A stretch of DNA of 64,000 nt from the human T2T-CHM13v2.0 reference genome, Homo sapiens: assembly GCF_009914755.1 (NCBI RefSeq), contig NC_060925.1, one strand, 5' to 3'. How positions within the stretch are numbered: position 1 is the stretch's first letter; each line of letters begins with the position of its first letter. A model generated the notes under the pieces. That model was not told where the DNA came from and made no database searches. It saw only the letters and a program-made list of their open reading frames with translations. This document shows positions 49,219 through 64,000 of the stretch, piece by piece. The position numbers were made by a program, and so were the translations under genes.

Positions 49219-51016
49219 TAAATGAAAAAGCTTGTTTTCCGGAAGGACAACATTCACTTAAATGAATGTTCTCTCAAAGAACAACTATGACTTAAATAAA
49301 CAATGAATTTAAGTCTATTATCTTGTTTTTTCCATTTTTATTGCTCTATCATACACTTATCTTTTATATACATTCTCTTATATGACAAATTATTGTGTAA
49401 ACAAATAAAATGTTAGTAATGAATGAGACTTCTACCCTATAAGACGGTAGTATTCTTGGATAAAATGTAGGAGCTTATATAGTTTTAATCCATGACAAAT
49501 AATTAAGTGCTTCCCAATGCTAATTTTTATTTTAGTACTAAAACTCCAAATATCAGAGCCGAAAAGATTTCCAGAATCATGCCAAAGGGTAGCTCCTAAG
49601 TTTACTCTGGCGCAATGCCACTTACAGGGTGAGAAAAAGTTCATGATTTCCCATTGTGTGAATCACGTGTACAAAGTCCTTTTGTCCAAGTGGCCTTGTC
49701 ATGTGAGACCGCTAAGTATCTTTCACTTGGCCTTCCAATCACGTCCAAAGTGTCATACCCCCAGAAGCAATTTGATGTATGAATAATGGAAGCCTGAACT
49801 GAAGCTCAACAGTTTGTAAGAATTGTACTGTGCCTAGTGAACCAAATGCAGACCTCTCCAAAGCTCGCTCAGAACATTTACAAGATGAGGAAAATTCAAA
49901 TTAAGAGTCAAAGGCATTTCAGGGCTGAGAGGTAAAAATAGAATACTGGTCAGGTTATTGGAGGACAAAGAACAAAAAGTTTATTTTGTTTGAGAACAGA
50001 ATTGGAATTAGAATGGAGTTCATCTCATTTTAGGACTTGCTCATTTTACCAAAAAGAAGTAAAAGCAAACAAAAATTTATTAGAGAGTAGAAGGTAAAAG
50101 AATTGGGATTTGATTTCTCACATGGCATGGGAATAAAAATGTGCAAGATTTTTCCTGTTTTGAAAAATTATCAAAGGGTTATTTAGTGGGAATCTATGTT
50201 TTAAATTTCTGCTTTAAACTACATCACTTTAACCTTCTAAGCCTACCCGATTCCCCTGTAGCTGTGGAATCACATGAACCCACAAAGGCCTGTGTCTACT
50301 TGTTTTACTCTGCAGATTCTCAATCAGCCTTCATGAATGCTTGTTTTGACACTTTCCTTTTAGCAATTCTGTGTGCACTTCCCTAGCTCCTTTCGTCCAC
50401 TAACAAATCTTCATTAGACTTCGTTAGACCTAAGCTTTTCAGCCACTTAAATGCGGAAAACTACATATTTTAGAATATTATCTAGGTCATCTACCTGCCA
50501 GAATTACATGGTAAATTTCTCAATAAAAGATACAATTCGACATACCTCAAGCATGTATATGTGTTAAAGTGATATTCTTCTAAGGAAAATATTAGCAGGC
50601 ATCTATACGGTTGTTGGGGGAGGGGAAGAGTTCTATTTTTCTTTAAGAATTTCTTGAGAAGGAGCCATATTCCGAGTCCTTATTACACTCTCCAACAGAA
50701 ATAGGTGAGATAAAAAGAAATTGTGAGCAGATGAGATATCCCTCCAATGATGTTAATTATGGAAGTTATTTCTGGGGCCTCTTATGAAATCTTTTCACTT
50801 GATTTCCTGGCTAACAGGGTGGCTAGATCTAAGGCTACTTTATGAGCTGAGTGAAAGAAACACAGCACAGGTCTTCCAGAAATCTCTAGAAGGGCCCCAA
50901 ACATTCCTAATCATCTAGTCCTGTCCCATTACCCAGGAGGTTTCAGGGAACCCAGATCCTCTTTAGAGGTGCCCTTGGGAATATTGGTCTTATTGATTTA
51001 AAAATGATGGCGCTGT

Positions 51017-51326
<310 letters not shown>

Positions 51327-52302
51327 GATGGTACTGGAATTTCTAAAGAGAGCAGTGATGTGGATGGAGAAAGTGATGCTTTTTGAGGCTGCATATATTG
51401 TCAAAGAAGATTGAGGCAGCATCACTGGACCATCTCAAAGAATGATGTTTGAGAAGCTTATGCATATTATGGGGAGGGGACACAGAGACCCTGGTATCTC
51501 CCACTGGCTTCATTCTTCTTTACCTATTTCTCCTTGATAATAAACTTCCCACCTCTCTGACAGTCAGACTGAAAAACGTACTTCACCACAGTTTGAAGAA
51601 CAGATCATGCTGTATTATCAAAAGGTAAATTCCAGGAATCATATGTGTTTTCAGAGTTCTGTTTTGTTGCACTTCTTAGAAAATGCCTTTATTCCTCCTT
51701 TGGTTCACTACATGGAGCTAAGACCACTGCTATTCTTTTAATATTTGATATTTGAATCTGATCATATGAGTTTTCATTCCTCATTATAGTTTACAATGTG
51801 CTTTCTTTTATTTAACAATATTTCTCAAACAGAGATAATCAAAGATGTGATGGGGGTATGCAACATGAAAGAACAGAGCATCAATGTATTGTTCCTGCCG
51901 GCGAGACACTTGAAACGTTATTTATGTAGTAAAACAAACACACATCTATTATTAACTACAATGTATAATTCACATGAATTTCTCAGATAAAACATAAGAC
52001 TTCAAAGAAAGTCATGCCTGAAATTTGCAGCTACGAGCTTTACCTACAGTCTTCTAAAAGCACTAAAGGTGCTTGGTAGAAATTTGAGTTAGCATAGGTA
52101 AACATTTTTTTCGTATTTTACTTCCACCCAAAAAAATACATAATAGATAACATGTTTACTGTTATTACCTCCCCTTTATGGAACAGAAAACTAAGGCTTA
52201 GGGGGTTTGACTTCACTAGGTAACTTTGCCACTTTCTAATTGACAGAGCCCTTTCTGCCCACCTCTCCATGAGTGAGTTCTTCATGAGTAAAATTTCCCT
52301 GG

Positions 52303-52798
52303 GCTGGTAGGCTGAATAATAGCCTTCCAAAGACATCCATATCTGAATCCCAGGACATACGAATATGTTACTTTACACAGCAAAAATATTTTGCAGATGT
52401 GATGAAGGTAAGGATTTTGAGATGGGGAGATTATTCTGAATAATCTAGATAAGCCCACGTAACTACGGGGTCTTGGTAAGGGGAAGATCAGAGTCAGAAA
52501 GTTGTTACATCTAAGGATAGAAACAGCAGTCAGAGAGGAGAGAAGAGATGCTATGCTGTTGGCTTTGAATACAGAGGAAGGGGCCACAAGCCAAGACAGG
52601 TTGGCAACCTCTAGAAGCCAGAAAAGGCAAAGGAGTGGATTCTCTCTCAAGCCTCTAGAAAGGAACGCAGCCTTGATTTTAGCCCAGTGTGACCCATTTT
52701 GGACATTTAACCACTGGAACTATAAAAGAATACATTTCCGTAGGTTTAACCCACTAAATTTGTGGTGATTTGTTACAGCAGCAATAGGAAATAATATA
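52303..52798 (+). mobile_element. MLT1C/D MaLR solo LTR
   Basis: TGGTAGGCTGAATAAT...TTTGTTACAGCAGCAATAGGAAA; TSD CCTGG at 52298-52302 and 52799-52803. Confidence 0.88.
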
Positions 52799-52969
52799 CC
52801 TGGTAAGGCTATGCCAGTCCCCACATTCTGTTTTCTTTCATCCTTATGCCCACTATTAGTATTGCCTTATGGTTTTATTTTAGTGATTTTAATTTATCAT
52901 AGTACTATATACAGAGTTTTTAGTTCCATTAAAAGTCCCATACATTTTTAGTTTCATTAAAAGACAAAT

Positions 52970-53621
52970 GGACCAGTGGCTGAGAATGTGGAGAAATTGG
53001 AACCCATGTCCATTGCTGGTGGGAAGGTAAAATGGCATAACTGCTGTGGAAGAGTTTGGTGGGTCCACATTAGATTCAATATAGAATTACTGTATGATCC
53101 AGGAATTCCACGTCTGGTTATATACCCAAAAGAAGTAAAGCAGGTGTTCAAACAACAACTTGTGCACAAGTATTCACAGCAGCACTACACTCAATAGCCA
53201 AAAGGTGGAAACAACCCAAATGTCCATCAACTGGTAAATGAATAAACAAAATGTGGTGTATCCATGCAATGGAATATTACTCAGCCTTAAAAAGGAATGA
53301 AGTACTGATACATTCTACAGGGTAGATAAACTTTGAAAATATTATGCTAAGTGAAAGAAGCCAGTTACAAAAGGCCATATATTGTGTGATTTTATTTATA
53401 GGAAACATCCAGAGTCAGCAAATCCTTAGACAGAAAGCAGATTAGTGATTGCCAGTGGCCAGGAGGAGTGGGGAATGGCAAGTGACTGCTTAATGGTACA
53501 AGATTTCCTTTGGGGTTAATGAAAATGTTCTAGAGCAAGACAGTAGCAATGTTTACACAACATTGTGAATGTCACTAATAACACATTTTATGTTATGTAT
53601 ATCTTACCACAAAGAAAATTT
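52970..53621 (+). mobile_element. L1MB7/8-like 3' end
   Basis: ORF2 C-terminus plus 3'UTR; TSD-like AAGACAAAT at 52961-52969 and 53622-53630. Confidence 0.8.
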
Positions 53622-53969
53622 AAGACAAATAGAGCTAAATGTTTGTAAAGTCAATAAAGCATCACACTCCTGCCTCCTCTATTCCCCCTCCCCCACCACC
53701 AATTTCTAACTAACTCCCAGTTTTACAGTCCAAGGACTTCCATTTAAAAGTGAATTTTTGATAACTAATGATTTAGCTATTTGCTGCGTATTTCCAAATA
53801 ACATACTAAATTGCATGTCTCAAAGACAGCAATTAACTTTCCCAAGACCACACAGCTGGTAAGTTTTGAAGCCACGATTTGAGTGCAAGTCCTTAACTCT
53901 AAATCTCAGGACCTTATAATAATAAAAATAATACCAAGAAAAGCTAACCCTAATATAGCAGTTACTATG

Positions 53970-54501
53970 TATGGTAGGTGAATAGTTGCTTTCAGAGATA
54001 TCTATGTCCTAGTCCCTAAAATCACTGAATATATTAGATTGGTTGGCTAAGAAGAATTAAGGTTGCAGAGGGAATTAAGTTTGCTAAACAACTGACCTTA
54101 AAACAGAGAGGTTATCATGGATTTTCTGGCTGGCCCAATACAATCACCCAGTGAAAGAAGGGAAAAAAGTAGAGGAGGGAAGAAGAAGGAAGAAGAGAAT
54201 CAGAGGGAGACATGACAACAGAAAAAAAGGCACAGAGAGATGCAGTATTGTTGGCTTTGAAGATGGAGGAAGGGGACCATGAGCCAAGAAATAATGAGTA
54301 CCCTTAAGGAGCTGGGAAAAAAAGGAAATGGATTCCTCCCTAGAGCCTCCAAAAACAAGCAGTCCTGCCTGCTGTTCAGTTTTAACCCAGTGAGACCTGT
54401 GAGGAACATCTGACCTAGAGAATTGTAAAATAGTAAATTTATGTTGTTTATGCCTCTAAGTTTCACATAATTTGCTACAGCAACAATAGAAAACTAATAC
54501 A
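53970..54501 (+). mobile_element. MLT1D MaLR solo LTR within a MIR
   Basis: TATGGTAGGTGAA...GCAACAATAGAAAACTAATACA; MIR-like text on both sides. Confidence 0.85.
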
Positions 54502-54897
54502 CTGTATGTCAGGAATTGTTCTAGGTGCTTATATATATTAACTTATTTGATGCTTATAAAAACTCTGTGAGGTATGTATGTTATTATCCCATTTTTCTGA
54601 TGAGAAAACTGAGGCACAGAAAATATTTGAGCAGACACTTTACAGAAGACAGTGTCAATAGGCATATGAAAAGATGCTCAATATTAATGGTCACCAGGGA
54701 AATGCTACTTCAAATAATGAGATACTCTACATATGCATTAGAGATTTTGAAATTAAAAAGACAGTATCAAGTATTGGCAAGGCTGTTGAAGAAATGGTGC
54801 TCTCACATATTATTGGTGTGGGGGTAATATAAAAATCACTATGAAAACATTTTCACAAATTTTTAAAAAGGTAAACATATACTCATTGTAATACCCA

Positions 54898-55203
54898 GCA
54901 TGCACCTGTAGTCCCAGCTACTAAGGAAGTTGAAGCAGGAGGATCACCTGAGCCCAGAAGTTCTGGGCCGAAGCGTGCTATGCCGATTGAGTATCCATAC
55001 TAAGTTCAGCATTAATATGGTGACCTCCTGGGAGTGGGTGGACCATTAGATTGCCTAAGGAGGGGTGAACCTACCCAGGTCAGAAACGGAGCAGGTCAAA
55101 AGTCTTGTGCTGATCAGTAGTGGGATTGCACCTATGAATAGCCAAGGCACTCTAGCCTGGGCAACATAGTGAGACTTTGTCTTTAAAAAAGAAAAAAGAA
55201 AAA
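54898..55203 (+). pseudogene. 7SL RNA (RN7SL) retropseudogene, slightly 5'-truncated
   Basis: Contains the S-domain absent from Alu (GCTATGCCGAT...CCTAAGGAGGGGTGAACC...GAAACGGAGCAGGTCAAAA...CTGATCAGTAGTGGGAT); A-tail; TSD AA(T/C)A(C/T)CCAGCAT. Confidence 0.95.
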
Positions 55204-55436
55204 CATCCAGCATTCTTACTCCTGGGTATTTTCCAAAGAGAAATAAAAACATATGTTCACACAAAGACCTGTATACAAAAGTTCTGAGCAGCTTTATTCA
55301 CAATAATCCAAAAAGTCCATCAACATGTCAACATACAAATTTTGGTATATTCATTAAATTAAATGCTTCTTAACAATGAAAAAGGAATACTGAAATAGGA
55401 AAAAAAAAGTGGATGAATCTCAAAAACGTGGATTCA

Positions 55437-55746
<310 letters not shown>

Positions 55747-56231
55747 GCTAAGTGAAAGAAGTCAGACACAAGAGTATTATATGCTGTTTAATTCCATTTA
55801 TGTAATTATGGTATTACATAATTAGGTAGAAGAGACTAACCTAATCAATAGCAATAGCAGATAAATGTTTGCCTGGTTTGAGGGAAATTAACTGCAAAGG
55901 GGTACAAGGAAGCATTTAGTGTGATAGAAATGTTACAAAGGTATAAAAATTTGTCAAAAGTCACAGAAATGAACTCTAAAAATGAGTACTTCTTACTACA
56001 CATAAGTTATCTCTCAATAAAATTTATTTTCAAAAAATGTACCAAGTCACACAGCTAGAGTTATAGGGCTGGGATTTGAAACCAGGCAGTCCAACTCTAG
56101 TGTCTGTGCTCTCACCAGTAGATAGCTTTCTATCCATGCTATTTGGGCACTGTAACAACCCAAATAATTGTCCCTAATTGTAAGGGTCAAAATTCTTTGG
56201 CACTCCTTCCATCGAGATGTTTGGGTCTAAT

Positions 56232-56533
56232 GGCCGGGCACGGTGGCTCACGCCTGTAATCCCAGCACTTTGGGAGGCCGAGGCAGGTGGATCACGAGGT
56301 CAGGAGATCGAGACCATCCTGGCTAACACGGTGAAACCCCGTCTCTACCAAAAAAAAAAAAAAATTAGCCAGGCGTGGTGGTGGGTGCCTGTAGTCTCAG
56401 CTACTTGGGAGTCTGAGGCAGGAGAATGGTGTGAACCTGGGAGGCAGAGCTTTCAGTGAGCCGAGATCGCGCCACTGCACTCCAGCCTGGGCAACAGAGC
56501 AAGACTCTGTCTCAAAAAAAAAAAAAAAAAAAA
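56232..56533 (+). mobile_element. AluY
   Basis: Y diagnostics; TSD A(G/T)ATGTT(T/C)GGGTCTA. Confidence 0.93.
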
Positions 56534-57149
56534 TATGTTCGGGTCTAGTTCTCCTTCCTGTGAATCTTGCTGGTCTGTGACCACTTTTTTTTTTTTTTAT
56601 TATACTTTAAGTTTTAAGGTACATGTGCACAACGTGCAGATTAGTTACATATGTATACATGTGCCATGTTGGTGTGTTGCACCCATTAACTCGTCATTTA
56701 ACATTAGGTATATCTCCTAATGCTATCCGTTCCCCCTTCCCACCCCACAACAGGCCTGGGTGTGTGATGTTCCCCTTCCTGTGTCCATGTGTTCTCATTG
56801 TTCAATTCCCACCTATGAGTGAGAACATGCGGTGTTTGGTTTTTTGTCCTTGAGATAGTTTGCTGAGAATGATGGTTTCCAGCTTCATCCATGTCCCTAC
56901 AAATGACATGAACTCATTTTTTATGGCTGCATAGTATTCCATGGTGTATATGTGCCACATTTTCTTAATCCAGTCTACCATTGTTGGACATTTGGGTTGG
57001 TTCCAAGTCTTTGCTATTGTGAATAGTGCCGCAATAAACATACGTGTGCATGTGTCTTTATAGCAGCATGATTTATAATCCTTTGGGTATATACCCAGTA
57101 ATGGGATTGCTGGGTCAAATGGTATTTCTAGTTCTAGATCCCAGAGGAA

Positions 57150-58799
<1,650 letters not shown>

Positions 58800-58802
58800 T
58801 TA

Positions 58803-60154
<1,352 letters not shown>

Positions 60155-61399
60155 CTATTCCATTTCCAGGCCTCGCCTTTAAGAGACTAGCAGCTTGACA
60201 CTGGTCTCTCAAAGCCCTGGGATGCCTTATAAGAACGCCCATTACCTAGCTTGAACACCACATGGAGAGGCTCTGAAACTTCATAGAGTAGGAGAGGGGG
60301 CCAACTGAGCCCAGCTTCCTGGCACCCTCCAAAAGACAACAGATATGTGAGTAGAAATGTCTTAGATCCTACAGACCAGACAACTCACTGAATTAGTATT
60401 ACTGAATCAATCCAGACAAGACCACAGGGGGCAGTAGAATTAGCCAGCTGAGCCCTAACTCAAATCCTGACCCACAGAATCATGAGATATAATAAGAAGA
60501 TACTGTTTTAAAACATTTCATTCTCAGGATACTTTGTCAGGAAGCAATAGTTAACTAGAAAACTGATCAAAGGGCATTCCCATTTCTGTTGCCACTGAGA
60601 TATTTCAATTCTTCATGATAAACTTTCTTTCTAGTATTCCAGATGTGATACCATAATTTTCCCACTTAGGGGCTTAATAAAGGATGAACAGCTGAAAGAA
60701 TTATGGAGCCCATTCTCACTAGTTACATCAAGTCTGTAAATAAACAGTAATGTCAATTCAGAACCACCAGCATCCTCTGCTCAGGCTACTGTATCTGGAC
60801 TACTGTTATTTATTCACCACATTTAAGGTAAGGTATAGGCAATTCTCAGCACACCTAGTCCAAAAATTAAACAACCTCAAGTTTTTGTGTAGCAGTCAGA
60901 TACTTATATAATTCTTCTTCTATGAAAGTCAGTCTTTTCTGATATACCAAATCACCTACTGGATACAGGTAAGAAATTGGATGCATCAGAAAGAAGATAT
61001 TTTTTGAAACGTTGGGCAATGTCTGACTTTAGCATCTGTGTTAATGCACTTCAGTAAGTATAAAGTACTGATGCTTCACTTTATGGGGTTGGAACTCTGC
61101 TTAGCTACAAAATGCCAGCTGTCCCTATGGCTCCAGTTGCTTACTACTCAAGAATGGAGTCAATGTACAAAATAGAACTATGCACAAACTGGCAGAGAAG
61201 CCCTTGATAGTACTGTAGATTCAAGAATTGTTGAGACTATACTAGTGCCTTTCAGATAAAAATGCTTCCATTTGCTATAATTTACAAAGTGTATTCTCAT
61301 AGAATCAGAGTTTTTAAAAATGTATTTCTTTGTTTATTGGTTGTTTATGACAACCCACTTATCTATAGTCTGATAAAACAGTGTCAAATGTTAATACTT

Positions 61400-62330
61400 A
61401 AATGATCTGCTAATACTATTAGTAATGCCAGATTATGCCACTCCCTGCATAAAACCCACTAATGGCCACTTATTGCAAGCTATTTACCACGGCCTCGAAA
61501 TTCTGGCATGATCTCCTGACTGTCAACCTCCTTCATCTGATATTGTCTTCCCCTTCACTATTCTCCAGCCACAGAAGCCTTTATTAGGCACTTATTTTGT
61601 GCCAGGCCCTGCGCCAAGTTCTTTAGATGCATTATCCGATTTAATATTCATAACAGCCCTGGGAAAGAGATAACATCATTGCCATTTTGTAAATAAATAA
61701 AGACCCAGAAATCATGTAACTTGGCCAAGGTGACATAAATACTGAATATTGGAGTCAGTTATTTAACCTCTATATACTGATTCAACTTCCAAATGTGTAT
61801 CTTCCCTGAATTCAGACCATATATCCAGCTGTCCCTCTGATATCTCCACTTGAATGTCTAGCAGACATATCAAACATAACCTGCTAAGTAAATCCAAATT
61901 AGAAGTTTTGGTTTCCCCTTTCATCCTCATCTTTCCAATCTCGGTCATTGGCACCACCCGCTTGCCAAAGACAAAAGCTTCAGTGTCATCTTTCATTGCT
62001 CTCCTGCCCACATTTAATTTCTCAGCAGCTTTTATCATGTTTCTCTTGAAAATATAACCAGTATCTGCCCACTGCCCTCCATCTCTGTTGTTGCTACCCT
62101 AAACTGGGCCGTCTTCATCTCCCACATGAGCTTCTGCAAGTCTCCTAATAGGCCTCACTACTTCCTCTCCCGCCTCATCACACGTAGCCTGGTGGTCTTT
62201 AGAAAGAGTTGTCACTTACCCCTTAAAACCCTCCAGTGATTTTTTTCCCACAACGTGAAGAATGACAGCCAAACTCCTGACCACAGCCTTTGTAATCATA
62301 CTTGATCTGGCATCCCTGCCAGTTTTCAGC
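61400..62330 (+). mobile_element. L2 remnants with an inserted MIR (about 61580-61760, minus)
   Basis: ATCTCCACTTGAATGTCTA...CATATCAAACATAAC; TTAAAACCCTCCAGTG; approximate. Confidence 0.6.
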
Positions 62331-62479
62331 CTCTCATTGTTTGTTATTATTGCTGCTGTTGTATGGGAAGGGGAACCCAGAGGCAGAATCGTGTCAGTCA
62401 TATTCCTTAGTTTGTGGAGCATCAGCATCTTTGATCCACATAAGATCCCTCTCTTGTATGTTGGTTGGTTATCTTGTTT

Positions 62480-64000
62480 ATTTCCTTTTATCCAAATTCC
62501 CCACCTGCATTTCCTCACCTACTGTAAGCAGCCTACCATTTTGTTTGTAGGTGTTACTATAAATTGTATATTGATGTTTTCTATATTTTTAGTTTATATA
62601 AATGATATTGTGTAATAAATCACATTTTGCTTCTTGCTTTCTACACATGGTGTCATGAAGATCCATCTAAGTAGCATTTTTCATCTAGTCCATGTCTTCT
62701 CACTGCCGCATAGTACTGTCTGGTGCATCCACTGCCTTTTGACAATTCCTCCTTTGGGATGGACACCAGGTTAGATTGGCTCCCACTCACAAACAGTAGG
62801 CATCCCATTATTGTAGTCATGTGTGAGAATTATTTTGCAACATATATCAGTGGGATTGCTGGGTAATCTTGTGTATTTAATCTGAAAATGTACTGTCAAA
62901 TAGCTCTCCAGAAGGCCTACAGCCTATGTTCTTACCAGTAGTGCATAAGGGAGCCAATATCTGCACCCCTCAATACAAATATCCAAGCAATTTGATCCAA
63001 GTGAACATTAGGCATTTTCCAACTTTCTGAGTTTTGTCACTTAAAGAGGTGGGATGTTTTTGATAGCTAATGAATTTGAGCACCTTTTATGTGCCATAAC
63101 TTAGGTTTCCTCTTCTCTAAATTGCCTGTTCATGGCTTTTGCCTGTTTTTTCAACTAGTATTACTTTTTCTTGCTGATTTTACAAGAACTTCTTGTAAAT
63201 GCTAGGTATAGGTCTTTTATTGTATAGGTCTTTTATTGACATTAGACAGTGAAAATATTTTCTGCCAAACTATCATCTGTCTGTTAAGTTTTTCCGTGTT
63301 ATTCCATACTGAATAGCAATCTTTTGATAAAATTGGATTCACCCGTTTATTTTTATTTTATTTTTTCTTGTGATTTGTGCTCCTGAATTTTTTTAGGAAG
63401 TCCTTTCTCACTACCAAGATGCAAATGATGAGGGTTTTGTATTTTTCCCTTTCTATAGTTGACCTCTTTTTTTCCCTTTTCATATTGCTTGGGAAACTGC
63501 CAATGTTATTTTAACAGTAGCAGTGACAGTGGGTATCTTTTTTTTATTCCCAATCTTAAAGGGACTGCACATTGAGTTTTTCCATAAGTACAGTATAGAA
63601 CTCTACTATGTTAAAGAGTCCCTTCAGTTCCTTCTATATTGATAGGCTTATCCTAAATAGGTATTGACTTATTTATGTTTTATCAAATGTTTTTTCCACA
63701 TCAACTGAGATCATTTATTTTTACATTAGACTAGTTATGTGATGAATTATGTGGCTAGAAACGTTTTGTTAAACCATCCTTTCATTCCAGGGATGTAAAG
63801 GATAACTAATCTTTTATTAAGGATTTTTTTTCTCTATGACCATAAGTAAAATATACCTATTATTTTCTTTTGTGTATGTTTTTTGTGTTCTTTCTATCTA
63901 CTTATATGTCAAAATTACACTTGCCTCACAGAACGATCTGGGCAATTCATTTCCTGTGTTCTATGCTTACTTCTATAAGATAGAAATTGATTGTTTCTTG
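62480..64000 (-). mobile_element. Ancient L1ME remnant
   Basis: CAGTGGGATTGCTGGGT; AATTGCCTGTTCATG; AGTAGCAGTGACAGTGGGTATCT; approximate. Confidence 0.65.

Overview
Repeat-dense, AT-rich human (primate) non-coding DNA. An AluYa5 carrying all five diagnostic positions points to Homo. I found no CpG island and no recognisable cellular protein-coding exon, and I could not name the locus. Most of the window is a layered record of transposable elements: (1) an internally deleted HERV-S/HERVL18 provirus (6252-9799; two LTR18 LTRs, ACTCC TSD, tRNA-Ser PBS) containing a 5'-truncated MLT2A1 LTR; (2) an apparently full-length ancient L1MA1/2 (about 22703-31296, TSD kept) carrying three Alus; (3) a 3.5 kb L1PA4 with a nearly open ORF2, inserted next to an AluY inside an MLT1H-like LTR; (4) Y1 RNA and 7SL retrocopies, 13 Alus, and MLT1, MER, L2, MIR and L3 remnants. 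The most notable observations are a probable L1PA8A 3' transduction (39621-39847), a templated-insertion repair scar in the L1MA (24656-24737), a possibly polymorphic AluYa5 only 56 bp from an inverted Alu, several well-formed + strand candidate exons (17598-17887 has a frame open across the whole exon; 36506-36682), a perfect DUX4 motif in an MLT1 LTR, and motif-dense unique blocks that look like enhancers. I see no support for a new multi-gene system. Repeat subfamily calls come from remembered consensus features and need RepeatMasker/Dfam confirmation; boundaries of old repeats are approximate.
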